A stretch of 64,000 nt of DNA, from assembly GCA_030141605.1 (NCBI GenBank), contig JAQGDQ010000180.1, positions 186,001-250,000 of the forward strand, written 5' to 3'. Position 1 is the first letter of the stretch; each line of letters begins with the position of its first letter. Below the pieces are notes generated by a model that was given only the letters and a program-made list of their open reading frames with translations, ran no database searches and was not told the DNA's origin. Shown here one piece after another: positions 25,833 to 64,000 of the stretch. The translations under genes were made by a program, and so were the position numbers. Source of the DNA: Tubiluchus corallicola. Lineage: Eukaryota > Animalia > Priapulida.

Positions 25833-27447
25833 AACGGTCTAATTTAGTAATGCATTAGTTCCAAAAACAGTGTGATGGTGTCAAAAAAAGATCTGAAACT
25901 TCGATATTTTTGACCAAAGTTTTTTTAAATTCTTTATTCAAATATCAATTTTTAACAACAGCAGCCCTAATTTAATAAATATAAACATTAATGATAAGAG
26001 GGCATGTTTCAATTTGAGCAAGTGCTTGGCTGTGTATTTTAATTAAACTAAGGAAAATAACTTAATAGTCAGTGTCCGATTCTTTGTTTCACTTTAGAGT
26101 AATGTGGAATAATTTACCAAGTAAAATAAAACAAGCTGGCAATATAAATAAATTTAAGAAACTTTTTAGAAAAATATTTACTAGAAAACGTGTGATTTGA
26201 TAAATGATGTAAGATGTAAATTTTTTACCATAATTATAAAATTTTATCGTACTAATCAAATTTTCATCTGCACGTACCTGTGTGTATATATTGTACTAAC
26301 TGTGTACTATGTGCACTTTTAATTCATTTGCACGTACCTGCGTGTTTATATTGTACTAACCGTGTACTATGTACTTTGCACTTTTAGCTGTAATTTTACT
26401 TCCTATACATTGTCGATGTATTTTACGTTGTTTTAACGGACATATAAGTTCTCTGGATTTCAGTTCATAGATGTACTATAAATAAAATACAAAATAATAA
26501 ATAACTAGAGGACTATTTTTCATAACGAGTTACACTCAGGTACCGGTGCCGCCACACATTCGAAAGCAGCAGAATCTGCGAATGAGCCTGCACTCTTGAA
26601 ATGTGCCAGACTGAGAATGTATAAAAATGCAGCAGCGAACAGATAAAATACAATGAAATAACCACTACATCAGTTTTATTTAAAACTTACACGTACAAGT
26701 TTATATCATATAATGTTATAAAGAGACAGCACAGAATGATGTCATACAACAAATAGCACATGTAGAAGGAAATATTAATCGCATTCAACAGAGTAAATGA
26801 TCTATTATGTGAAAGAGTAAAAACAACAATTTATTTGTGCAAAATGCATTGCCTTTGAATCAGAGAACTAGGAACATTTTTATCATTAATATAAAGTTGA
26901 AATCAAAATTGATGGTATGACTTATCTAACATCCACAATAACAAACTAATAACAACAGTAGTATAGATGCAGGCCATAAAAGATGAACAGGTCTTCACTG
27001 TGTTGAAAAGAATACGTAATTCAAAAACATGATTACTGATCATCTTCAAAACTGCAGACACGAAAAAATTAAAAAATCAAGCACACTATCATATTCCAAA
27101 ATTAGATGGGTAGTAGCATCAGCATTTTATTATAAAGTTATAAAAAATATAATGGTAAGACAATTAAAGTTTATTGCAATTCAACAGACTGGTATGGTAC
27201 AAGAACTACAACAGTTATCTTAAATTAATTCCAAAAAAAACAATATTCGTAATATTAAAGCACCACGCACCAATGCAATTACGATTATGCACGACTGAGT
27301 TAAATGTTAAGATTTGACTGAAATCAGGATTGAGCAAAGCAAAAGCAAGATAAATTAAAGTATGACAACACAAGTAATAATAAGCTAACGCATAATCTAC
27401 AATTTAATAGGGCATGTTACCTACATAGAATTCGGTTGGGAAATTTC

Positions 27448-27921
27448 TAGTGATGGGCGATTAATAGATTAATCGAGATTGCAACAGTGTATAAATTGAT
27501 ATAATCTGCGATTGAACAGTAATTCAGTTAAACGAGAGCAAAATGCTTGTGTTACACACTGACTAAAAGGCAGTTTTATCCGAAATAAACAGAATTCTTG
27601 CATTTCTTCTTTGTTTTTCACACCTTACATAACGCACACAATAGCAAACCATCGTGTTGCAAACTGAGGCTTCTTATTCTCTTCACGTGACGTGTGTAAT
27701 GACCAGGTAACAGAGCAGCTGATGAATGCACGTGTCTATAGAAACAGTTTCCGAGTACAAAAATGACAGAAAGAAGAAGTTTATAGGCTGTATTTCAGTG
27801 CTGCAATGTTTGAAAAATATGGATAAAACACTAAAAAATTACCGCAAATATTAATCGCGACATCGATTTACAAGAGCAAGTTTGTAATCGAATTAGAAAA
27901 TTTCAAAATCGCCCATCACTA
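27448..27921. mobile_element. hAT-like MITE (TIR TAGTGATGGGCGATT)
   Basis: Perfect 15-bp TIR; TSD GAAATTTC/CAAGTTTC; a left-end fragment also occurs at 54274-54379. Confidence 0.75.
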
Positions 27922-28264
27922 CAAGTTTCTTCGATTTAAAAGTGCCCTAGGTGATAGGCAGTTAATGATTATCAACACCTTTATATTATGCAGGACAACT
28001 AAGTGTCGTAAAAGAATTTATTGCTCTGCATTATCAGGTTCATGAACGCTTAAGTCATAAAACTTCAAGTTAATATAATAGCCAATATGCACTGGCAGGT
28101 GGGCGTTACTTATAATAATAACAAAGTTGGGGTGTAGTTAAAGTGGCTTAGCTGGTGCCATACTGAGAACAAAGAAAACGTTGAATGTAGTTTTTTTTAA
28201 ATGGGCTGCGGGAAACAGAATAATCAATTTCAGACGTTTTATATGTGTCGAAGTTTCGCATTCA

Positions 28265-28924
28265 TTAAAGGACAAGAGGAGGGGTACCTGAAGTACATTT
28301 GAAAAAAAAATCGCCTTAAAACATTATATTATTTTACAACAATTTTATGCGTAGATCGTACGCAAGTTGAAAGGAATTTTTGTTCGTTTTCATTTTAAAT
28401 CTCCCGCAACACTGTTCCGAAGTCACCATTACATGACGTAATATACGCACAACATAAATCAGGGGAAGAAAATGCAATGTTAAATTATCTCCCAAAGAAC
28501 TTTCCCTGCAAATCCGTATTAATTAGCATTTCGCTTACCTGCTTGAAAGACTTATGTAACTAGAAAAGAAAATCATTAATTATTTAAATGTTTTCACCAA
28601 TTGGTAAAATGTCATTGGCCCATATCCGCTCACTAACCAAAAACGTATTTTTAATCTTATTGACAAGATGCAGTCATTTAAAATTTTACTCAGTTATCAG
28701 TTAGCGACGTGTGTGCTACGAATGCTCTGATTATTTTTTCAAACTTTACTCAGTGTTAGATAACAGCTGCAACTAACGGTCATCGCGGGAGTGCAAACTT
28801 ACATGTTTTATAGTGTTACTACCTTCGCAAGTCCTGTATGCAAAAAGGCAGTAGGTAAGTTGAACAAAATGTTAAGACAAACTTTTTAAGGTTTATGTAA
28901 CTGAAGGGTTTTCTTGTGCTTTAA
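28265..28924. mobile_element. Kolobok-like MITE, same family as 1403-2070
   Basis: TTAA-AGGACAAG...TTTTCTTGTGCT-TTAA; the interior is the reverse complement of 1403-2070. Confidence 0.7.
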
Positions 28925-30381
28925 ATAGTGGTACAGATTATAAGGTATTTAATATCAGCGATTTTTGCTGCACTGACAAGTTTGTATTAAATGATCAGGT
29001 GATGGTATTTCAATATGGAACAATTGTGCATCTACGTCTTGAACAATTTTGAGGTGAAAAAATGTGAAAACAGAAACAAAATTCTCATCAAAGATAAGAA
29101 AAAGTTATTCAAAAGATAGGTCAATGTTTGCTTCTAATTAGTAAAAATCAATTACTGAATCTTCGTTATGCAGGTCTTTCTGACGAAATGTAGATGTTCG
29201 TGCTTCAAATGACATAGGTATATCAAGTATAAAAATGGTGCAAGTAAATTTAAATTGCAAAATAGCGATAAATATAGGTAAAATAAAGAAGTTTAACTAT
29301 TGTTTTTGCACACTTACGTACAATGCGTGCAATGAGTCTATATGTCCATTTGCAATTGGTGAGATCATTGGCAATTAAAACCACTGCTGTGTTGGTGGTT
29401 GCTTGTTTTCCATGCAACATTGTGCACTTTTGTCCTACAGCTATTGCAGTTGTTTTCTAGGATCTTGGTCATTAGTAAATTGTACAACTTCATACAACAC
29501 TAGTGCAAAATTTATGCTTTATGCTCACAGTCAAATGTTGTGCACCGCAAGCACAATAAAATACGTATTTTAAATAATAAAATTCATTGAGAATTCTTTT
29601 CTGCCGGGTTAAACATGTCATAATTTGTGTAGTTTTCATTTTCTGCTGCATTTGAAGTAACAACGTTACATTTGATGTTAAACGTCGCATTTGAAACAAT
29701 TACTATCCACAAATAAAGTTTTCCTGTCTACATTTATTGTAATGTTACTCAAATCTTGATTTAATGCTCTATGCCATACTTTAAATGAAAATGTCCTATT
29801 TGATGTTACCGATGTCTACATTTGATCAGAAAAACCAGCAATAGTGTACAAACAGTCTCGAAAAGAAGCACTAATGAATTTAAGAGAAAGGCAGAAAACG
29901 ATTTGAAAGTCAGTACAGCAACACTTAGCATGTACGCTAAGCAAGCATTTTGGGTGAGTAGGAACTGTATATGTGCCACAATGATGGCCTAGTAACACAC
30001 CGTACTTTTTACAAAGCAAGCAATGGAACAAAAACACACTTAGGTGATTCATGAAGCATGACAAGCATGGTGAGAAAACTCTGCAAACCTATCCTTTACA
30101 AGAGAGCAAAATAAATAAATAGCACCGCTACATTCGAATATGCCCTGCATGAGTAAATAGCAAGTTAACAGTCTAGTGAATGTACAGCTAAACTTAGTGA
30201 TAGGGCAGCTCAGTCCAAACTGCAGCCAACAGATAAAATGCAAGCCAAACGACAAATGGTGCAGGTTTTACATTTTTTGATCGTATTGAAAAACATGATT
30301 GAATCATCTTTCAACTTAACAATTTTTTATCTTTCACGTAAAAATATTGTATTGTGAGTTTTGTAACAAAAGCGAAATCTG

Positions 30382-30615
30382 TTTCTCTCTCTCCTTTTCT
30401 CTTCCTCTCTCTTCTCTCTCCCTCTCCCTCTCTCTGTCTGTCTCTTTCTCTCTCAAACACACACACACACACACAGTCTCTCTTTCTTTCCCACTCTCTC
30501 TCTCTGTCTTTTTCTCGTCTCTTTTTCTCCGCTCCCTCCTCTCTGCCATTCCCCCTCACTCTTTCCTCTCCCTCTTTCTCTCTCTTTTTTCTCTGCTCTC
30601 TCCTCTCCCCCTTTC
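30382..30615. repeat. CT-rich/(CA)n low-complexity tract, probably in the Nck 3'UTR
   Basis: Polypyrimidine tract 460-700 bp past the Nck stop codon. Confidence 0.85.
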
Positions 30616-31075
30616 CTTATGCATCTGAATTTTTTTCAAAACTTTGGCAATATATGCTGAAAGAGTTTGTTTTTATTTCGATGTTCTGTATTTATTTGAG
30701 CTGTCTGACGGGCCCTAGCTTCATTATCTTTCACCCACTTACTTCTGTTGCTTTCTATAAATTTTAGCTAAGAAACATGAAGGAATGGCTGCAGATAGGA
30801 AACACTAAAACTGAGAAATTTCATTTTGTTATTTTACAAAATATGCATGAAATGTTAGCTAAGTAGATTAGTTTACGTTTACGTGATTTAAGTAAAAATG
30901 AGAAATTAGTTTCAAGCATGTATTATTACTACCTTTCGTTGTCCAGCAAATGATGAAATCTTACTGATGAAGAATGTCGCCTTTGTAGATCTCCTTTAGA
31001 TATAAATAAAGTGCATAACAGTAAAACATAGTCAGCTGTAACACACATCCTGAGCATGCGATCATTATAACACGA

Positions 31076-32356
31076 TTATGACGGCTTAACAAACGCTTTT
31101 ATAAGGAACATTTTTTCTCCTTTTGGACTCGTGTAAATGGGAGCCTTTTTGTAATGCTCCACTAAATCATCAAGACACTTGAACTTTCGCTGCCCAATGC
31201 AGTACAAATCTGATTGCAGATGAACTCTAAAATGTTTATTCCTGTTGGGAGCTTTCATCGATATCGAATAATCACCCACGTTTGTTTCACTATCGCGCAC
31301 AAGAAAGTCACCGTCGGTTGCGTGTTCATTCAGAAGGTTGTCAGCCTGCGATCGTGTTATTCTGCCATAGTACCAGTCTTTTCCAGACAATGGCCCACTA
31401 GCATTCGCAAGTGTTGCATCACTATCTACTACTTCCCCACTACCTTGCCTATGCTCACTAGAACTAGAACTCGTTGCGCCAACCGACATGTCGCTAAGTT
31501 GCTTATTTAAGGCAGCCATTATATGATCGTTTGCTTCAACGGGCACCGCGTTGCTGCCGTTCGTTGCAGCTGTATTGTTTTCAGTGGGGTCAGACTCAGT
31601 CATAATCTTAACGTAATTTCTTGGCACAAGTCCGGTCTCGTTGTTACAATTTCTAGCTAACCACCACTCTGGATCATTTTCTGGCTTCTCTATAATATCT
31701 AAACACTCTCCCCTCACGAAATTTAATTCTTCTCGATTTCGGGAATTGAACGGGTACAAAGTCACTACACTGTGTATCTTGTCTGAAAACGTATGATCAC
31801 TAGGAGAAATTTCTAAGCTTTGAAAACTGTCGTCGTCAAGTTCTTGTACGTAATTGCTTGGAAACCAACCTGTTTTACCTTCATGTTCACCACGCCACCA
31901 GCCATCATTGCTCTTCTCCATTACCAAGAGCTGCGTTCCCTTAACAAGGGATAATTCATCATCACGGGTTGCATCGTATTTGAATTTCACAAATGCCGGA
32001 ATATTCAGCATAACTGAAGAATCCGGAGTAGCGCGATCATATATTTTAATGATTCCGTCACTGTTTTCTGTTTCACTACCCAGTGGCGGAGTTGGCGTGA
32101 ATCTGCCATCGCTACCCTTCCGCGTCTTAACCTTCCGGCGAATACTATCAAATATAGACACCTTTTCTCTTTTCACGTAATTCGAAGGTATAAAACCAGA
32201 CTGTCCCTTTGCATTCTGAACCTTCCACCAGTGCTTAGAATCGTCGAGTAGCTCCAGCCGCTCATTCTTTTTTATATTCAGTTCTTGCACACCTTGCGCT
32301 TCGTAGTCATATTTTGCTATGACCCAACACGGGCATTCTTCGTTCGTTTTTGACAT
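31076..32356 (-). CDS. NCK: Nck/dreadlocks SH3-SH3-SH3-SH2 adaptor, intronless, 426 aa
   Basis: Three SH3 domains ([17 protein letters not shown]; VKFKYDA..GWWRG..FPSNYV; TLYPF..PEWWLAR..VPRNYV) and a C-terminal SH2 ([28 protein letters not shown]). Strong start context GCAACATG. Confidence 0.96.
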   Translation of the reverse strand: MSKTNEECPCWVIAKYDYEAQGVQELNIKKNERLELLDDSKHWWKVQNAKGQSGFIPSNYVKREKVSIFDSIRRKVKTRKGSDGRFTPTPPLGSETENSDGIIKIYDRATPDSSVMLNIPAFVKFKYDATRDDELSLVKGTQLLVMEKSNDGWWRGEHEGKTGWFPSNYVQELDDDSFQSLEISPSDHTFSDKIHSVVTLYPFNSRNREELNFVRGECLDIIEKPENDPEWWLARNCNNETGLVPRNYVKIMTESDPTENNTAATNGSNAVPVEANDHIMAALNKQLSDMSVGATSSSSSEHRQGSGEVVDSDATLANASGPLSGKDWYYGRITRSQADNLLNEHATDGDFLVRDSETNVGDYSISMKAPNRNKHFRVHLQSDLYCIGQRKFKCLDDLVEHYKKAPIYTSPKGEKMFLIKAFVKPS

Positions 32357-32421
32357 GTTGCTTTCTCCCAGTCAAGTGAATCGTAAATACATAAAGACAA
32401 ACGGTCACTAACAGTAAGATT

Positions 32422-32847
32422 CTAGCACGCTATGTCGACGTGCCCACAAATATCTAGCTTATAAATAGTCACTCGACCAAAAAAATCCGTTGAAGAGTTA
32501 AAAATTAACTTCAGCACATTAATGGGAAAATCAAGCTTAACATTAAAACTCTGCAAGGAATTTACGTCCTCGGGATAAAGATCACAGACTTTCTTCAAGC
32601 TGTCCAGACTAACACCAGCTTCCAAGCTACAGTCCTGACCGACAAATCCACCTTGAAACTGAATGTCGATCTTCTCCGCAATAACGGAATTCTTAAAGCT
32701 TATAAGAACCCACTGAGGCGAACCCTGGTGTGAATTCCAACAGGTGTCGCTGTCACCATCAAACATGTACTTCTTTCCAAACTGTTTTACGTCCCTATTT
32801 AAGACTGAGCTGACGCGGACATCAACATCGGAAAGTAGTGAAGTCAT
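32422..32847 (-). CDS. NR2C2AP: Nuclear receptor 2C2-associated protein (TRA16), intronless, 141 aa from the ATG at 32847
   Basis: Full-length motifs RVSSVLNRDVKQFGKKYMFDG..TCWNSHQGSPQW, QFQGGF, YPEDVNSLQSF and SSTDFFGRVTIYKLDI. The ORF track start at 32862 is a TTG; the first ATG is at 32847. A splice acceptor ttttatttttaccAG ends at 32901. Confidence 0.93.
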   Translation of the reverse strand: MTSLLSDVDVRVSSVLNRDVKQFGKKYMFDGDSDTCWNSHQGSPQWVLISFKNSVIAEKIDIQFQGGFVGQDCSLEAGVSLDSLKKVCDLYPEDVNSLQSFNVKLDFPINVLKLIFNSSTDFFGRVTIYKLDICGHVDIAC

Positions 32848-34625
32848 AACAAGTGCAAGCAAATCCTATTACAATCCGTACTTTGCAGGCAAATGAAATT
32901 CTGGTAAAAATAAAATACAAGTGTCCACAATAAACATTTGTACGTATGTATACATTCACTGGTTTGGATCACAAACACAATGTGCAGCATAAAAATACGT
33001 CCCATAAATTTTCTGGGCCATCAGAGGTAACTGAACCATTGTTTTTTATATTTTTTACTTAGGACAGAGTAAGGAGAAAAGCAAGCATCAAACTTTGCTT
33101 TAGAAACAAGTACCAAAGAGACTTTGCGAGTTTAGTATCACGCTTGACGATATGAACTTTTTCAGTATTTTAGCTAACTAACAATCTGCAAACTAAAATC
33201 TGTAGACCAGACTGGATCTCTTGATAATGTAACTATCATGCCAGCTTATTAACAACATTCTCACCCAAGCAAAGCAGGATGCCACTCATGGCAAGAAACG
33301 ACAAAACTAACAAAAACCACATTAATGCTCAGAAAATGGCATTTCTGAAAAAATATATCCTGGTCGCGACATTATCATGAGCTTCCACTAGTAAGCAAAA
33401 CTGTTTTGAACAGTTTAGACTTGCAGATTAATGGATTAACTTTCGACAGGATTAACTGATTAACTTTTGACCAGATTAACAGATTAACTGTTTTGTCTTA
33501 AGTCCTCCTTAAGGGCATTAAGTCCTCCACACATTGGGCAGATGATCTAGTTTCAAGTCTTTCATGTGACTAAATTTATAATGTCACTTCAGTGGCTTAC
33601 AAAGATTTTAGAATGCAAAAATGCCACTTATTATAAAACAGAGTTGTTTGTTTCACAAATAATACATTACCTATCTACAATACAATACCAAATTGAAACA
33701 AACAGAATTGTATACATTTTATCAACTACTGCAGAAATGTTATAGAAAATAACAGATATTCTCATGTATTTTTATGAATTTAGGTATTAATCTGCAACAC
33801 TAGCCTAAACTACATTCTGTTAGCCATAACTAATAATAAATTTAATAAACTATTTCAGCACAAAACGGCAAGCAAGAGGTTTAAGTAGGTTTTGTTATCC
33901 CGGAATTTCTATTTGAAATTTTTTTCACTGAGAACCACATTTGGTTGCAGCCTCATAGGCGTGTACGCAAACATAGTTGCTTACTAGTAGCAGTAGTTGG
34001 CTTACTTTCAAACTGGTCTAAGCTTACAGCAGTCCCAATTTTTGTACAGCTACTTGATCTAATAAAAAATCATTTTTAGTCATAGTGAACGAATTTTTGA
34101 AAGCTAAAACATTTTTAAAAGCGTGGCTTCTTTAATGCGCTGCAATACAAAGAGTTTAAGTGGGTAGCTAATCATTTTTTTTAAATTTGCTTTTTATTGA
34201 GTATCTTAGTTACGATTTGTTAATCATGTCATTGAATTTATAGAAAACTTTTTGTTTCTTTTAATGTACATATTTGTATTTGTGTTGATATGATCTTAAG
34301 CAATCTTAAAATGTTAAATGGGACAGACGTAGGCACAAGCAATAGACAATATTAAGGTTACAGAGCCGTTGTAAAACTAAGATCTGACGCACAAGTGTTA
34401 CTGTTACTAGTGTTAGGCCTATGTAGTAACTGCGTACCGGTAGCCATAAGCACACTGCTATGCAATAGACTAAACCAAAAAGAGCAGAAAACATCCACAT
34501 ACCTGACTTAAACTGAATGAGTGTATGCTGTCATATAACGGTATTACTCAAGTTGGCTTTTTAATCATCCAAGAATTTGTAATAAATGCTTAATTTTAAC
34601 ACAGAATTCAGATGAGCTCACTTAC

Positions 34626-34720
34626 AGTTTGTAACACTGTACTTGAAACTTGTTCACTTGTTTCCGCATGTGCGCGCACTTGGCGCAGCCGATTTCACAC
34701 TTTTCGCTCACGCAGCTACA
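34626..34720 (-). promoter_or_regulatory. Candidate non-coding first exon/promoter of the NR2C2AP-Nck unit, head-to-head with URB2
   Basis: CpG-rich patch ending in a consensus donor GTAAGT (34625-34620). It is the best upstream donor for the acceptor at 32901; a second donor CAG|GTATGT lies at 34502. The upstream boundary is approximate. Confidence 0.45.
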
Positions 34721-34795
34721 GAGTTAGCTTATGCAATCACCATACACGAACAACTTATTTGGCAGGCACAATTCTAAAATAAATGAATGTCTGGT

Positions 34796-35415
34796 AGGGG
34801 TGAGCAATCTCTGCCAGAAAGCAAATTCGAATCGAATTTGTGACTTTCGAATCGAACATCGGTGTCAGTGACAATTTTTGTATTAGTATGGGTGGCCGAG
34901 TGGTTATGATAACGGATTGTGGGTGCTTTTTTGCTTGCAGCCCGAGTTCAAATCTCATGACCGCCTGTATTGGCGCAAACAGTTGTTACCTGTATTATTT
35001 ATTTGTAGCTTCTCAGTGTTATTGTATTCGTTAAGAGTCACTTATAGTAGCCTATTCTAATGTTGTTTGTTTTCCCAATGACTGTAAATAAGTGTCTTTT
35101 TCCTTTGTCCTTTTGAACCAAACTTCAGTATTTCGAAATCGAGTTGAAATTCAAAGATTTTCAAACAAGTTTTCGAGCCATCAGTAAAATTTAGTTTTGC
35201 GAAGAGAATGCATATTACTCGATTTTGCTCTGCAGTAAAACCGTCAATAATTTGTTTAAAATTGTGCACAGAAATCACAGGTAAATGATGCTAAATGCTT
35301 GATGTTTCAAAAGTTTTAAGAATATATGTGATTGAGGTGCTGAATTATTCGAATCTACAATTTTAGGTTCGAATCTAATTCGAAAAGAAACTCGAACGTT
35401 CAATTCTCACCCCTA
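34796..35415. mobile_element. hAT-like MITE (TIR TAGGGGTGAG) containing a tRNA-like segment
   Basis: TAGGGGTGAGCAAT...ATTCTCACCCCTA, with TTCGAA subterminal repeats and a partial TSD ATGTC. Internal A-box TGGCCGAGTGG and B-box GAGTTCAAATC at ~34890-34965. Confidence 0.65.
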
Positions 35416-36918
35416 ATGTCGACAATTGATTGTATTATTATGATGATGATGAACAGCTTATTGCACACACTGGGCCACCCAGGTCTATAGCTGGTGCTAC
35501 TCTAGTATTCCTGACTTTTGTAAATTGAAATGATGGCAATTATTTCTTTTACATATTTATAGCATTGACTTCTGTTAGCTCATAATAATTGGCTCAGCCA
35601 TTTTTACTTTTCTTAAATTGTCGATATATTTTATAATGTTTTTAATGGACATCTCTTGATTTCAGTTCACAGATGTATTATAAATAAATAATAATAAAAA
35701 ATAATAAAATAATTACACCGAAATTGCTTGCAGTGTTTGCATTATGTATTTGAAATGTTTTAATAAGTGCAAAATGTGCGCTTATTATGAGGCAAACCAA
35801 ATGATGAACAAGACACAGTTTTAAAGCAACAAGCCTTTTCACAGTTTCGTTGCATGCAATCGCAGTTGCTGTAGGTCAAAACTTAAGTGTACACAAGAAC
35901 AAATGGCGCATATTGTGGAATTTACCAAAGACTACACGTGGATTTATCTTGCCACAACTCAGTGACATACTTCAGCACCTCAGCCAGATCGAGAAATTAT
36001 TAAATTTTATTCATCCTGTCTGAGAAAAAGTAATTCTTGTAGTAAACCATTTTGTAAGACAAACCATTTCTTCTGTAAGGTTAATTATTGACTACGATTT
36101 GCAGTTAATACTTTATAAGCACAGAATGACTTAATAAGCCACAATGTTAAACGTTTAATATATTATTGACAAATCCTGGAGCCTAGATGGAGTAGAAAAT
36201 GTAATATGTTCACGTGTACAATACGAACCAAAGGAACAAATAACATTTTTTTTTGAAAAAGCAAAGCTTATTTCTATTACAACTCATATTCACAATAACC
36301 ATTAGTATATGATTTGATTAACATAAAACACAATGTTGTACATCGTACGCACAATTATGTATTTACAGCAAATTTACATAGTACAGGCCTGCACTATGAC
36401 CCCTACTTTTATATTATTATCATCTTGCACAGTGTACAGACATTTTGGTGTTATATATATAGATATATAACTAACCTTATTTAATTAACCTGTATTTTAA
36501 TTTTTTGACTATTCCCTGTATATAATTACATTATTATGCCAGAGTACGAGCATACTCGATCATAAACGATCAACTCGTCTCACATAAACGCCAATACCTG
36601 CTGCATTGCCATGAGTTGTTGTGACTGTCTGGCTGTGTAATTTGTGTATCCAGGGATGTTACATTAAAGTGTTGTATCGCTATCAGATAAATGATCGCTG
36701 AGATTGCAATAAAGAAGTATTCTGTCTAAAGGAATTATTTTTATGTAGTAGCTTCTTGTTTGATTGCCATAGCTGTAGTACATCTTAACATTATTTAATG
36801 AATTTTTTCATGTGTGAGTGTGTTAGAATTTCCGCAGTGTCCATCATCTGTTCAACTTAAAAAAACGACCACTTCGTCTACGATTTGCTGATCAGGAGCT
36901 TGCGCAAACATTTCCAGC

Positions 36919-63321
<26,403 letters not shown>

Positions 63322-64000
63322 GTAATGTTAGTACGGCTTGTCCTCGCTTAACGATGCTAACGCGTTCCAGCAAAACACGACGTTAAGCGAAACGTCATTA
63401 AATGAAACAGGACGTCTATAGAAAGTAATGTAAAAAAATGAGATACGTTCCAGAGGCAAAAAATCAATGCTGCTTTGAACATATAATAATTGTACTGTTT
63501 CATATTATTAGTGCATTTTTAGAATAGAATAAGGCAGTACGTGCAGTTTTAATGTTTTTTATATGGATAAAAATGCTGCTCATCAAACAAAAAATGATTT
63601 TGAGCAAAGTAAAAAAACGTTGTTAAAAGGAAACGTGTGTCGTTAAGTGGGGAAAAGGTGTCAAATGTTCAGCATCGTTAAAACAAGACATAGCTAAGCG
63701 GAGAGTCGTTAAGCGAAGACTTAGTATTTTAGTCTTTGCCTTTTAACTTTTTTTGAATGGTAGAATCACAAAATTACTCCTTAACGGGTGCATTATTTGC
63801 ATGTGAATTGAATTTACCGTGTAACCCTCAGTCAAAGTGGTATCATTATGGTGGCAGTGGTGGTTATATTGGTGCTGGTTACAGAGCTGTTATTTGTGGT
63901 CTTTTGTAACAGTTCTCTTCCACGATCGTTCTTCTAGTACATCATGTAACATGGTGTTGGTAAAAATACGCTGAACTGCAGGTTTAGAGTTCAAGTCTGT

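Noticed and set aside
30311-30767. Overlapping ORFs on both strands
   Set aside because: Artefacts of the CT/GA low-complexity tract.
30948-31055. C/D-box snoRNA-like motifs (ATGATGA..CTGA)
   Set aside because: Antisense to the Nck 3'UTR, with no host intron, no convincing terminal stem and no recognisable guide.
31214-32180. Plus-strand ORFs of 98 and 108 aa
   Set aside because: Antisense shadows of the Nck CDS.
32357-32421. Stop-codon readthrough fusion of NR2C2AP and Nck
   Set aside because: The 65-nt spacer puts the ORFs out of frame, and no slippery heptamer is evident.

Overview
AT-rich, intron-rich animal genomic DNA. It is probably a non-dipteran arthropod, judging from the Dock-like Nck, the TTAGT/TCAGT initiator-like motifs and the CpG decay seen in repeats. 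Four protein genes can be reconstructed by hand. (1) TSEN2, a tRNA splicing endonuclease subunit: minus strand, 9 coding exons, about 622 aa. (2) An intronless NR2C2AP ORF and (3) an intronless Nck/dock ORF, in tandem on the minus strand only 65 bp apart, behind one shared splice acceptor. (4) URB2, a ribosome biogenesis factor: plus strand, at least 20 coding exons, running off the right end. Introns and intergenic DNA are full of non-autonomous DNA transposons (hAT-, Kolobok-, piggyBac- and Tigger-like MITEs), minisatellites and microsatellites. The most notable observations are the apparently bicistronic or alternatively spliced NR2C2AP-Nck unit, a complete 5S-rRNA-headed SINE with RTE-derived body and tail and an 11-bp TSD, and a ~300-bp piece of TSEN2 intron duplicated in inverted orientation inside a composite MITE in URB2, 40 kb away. 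All family assignments come from recognition by eye; no searches were run.
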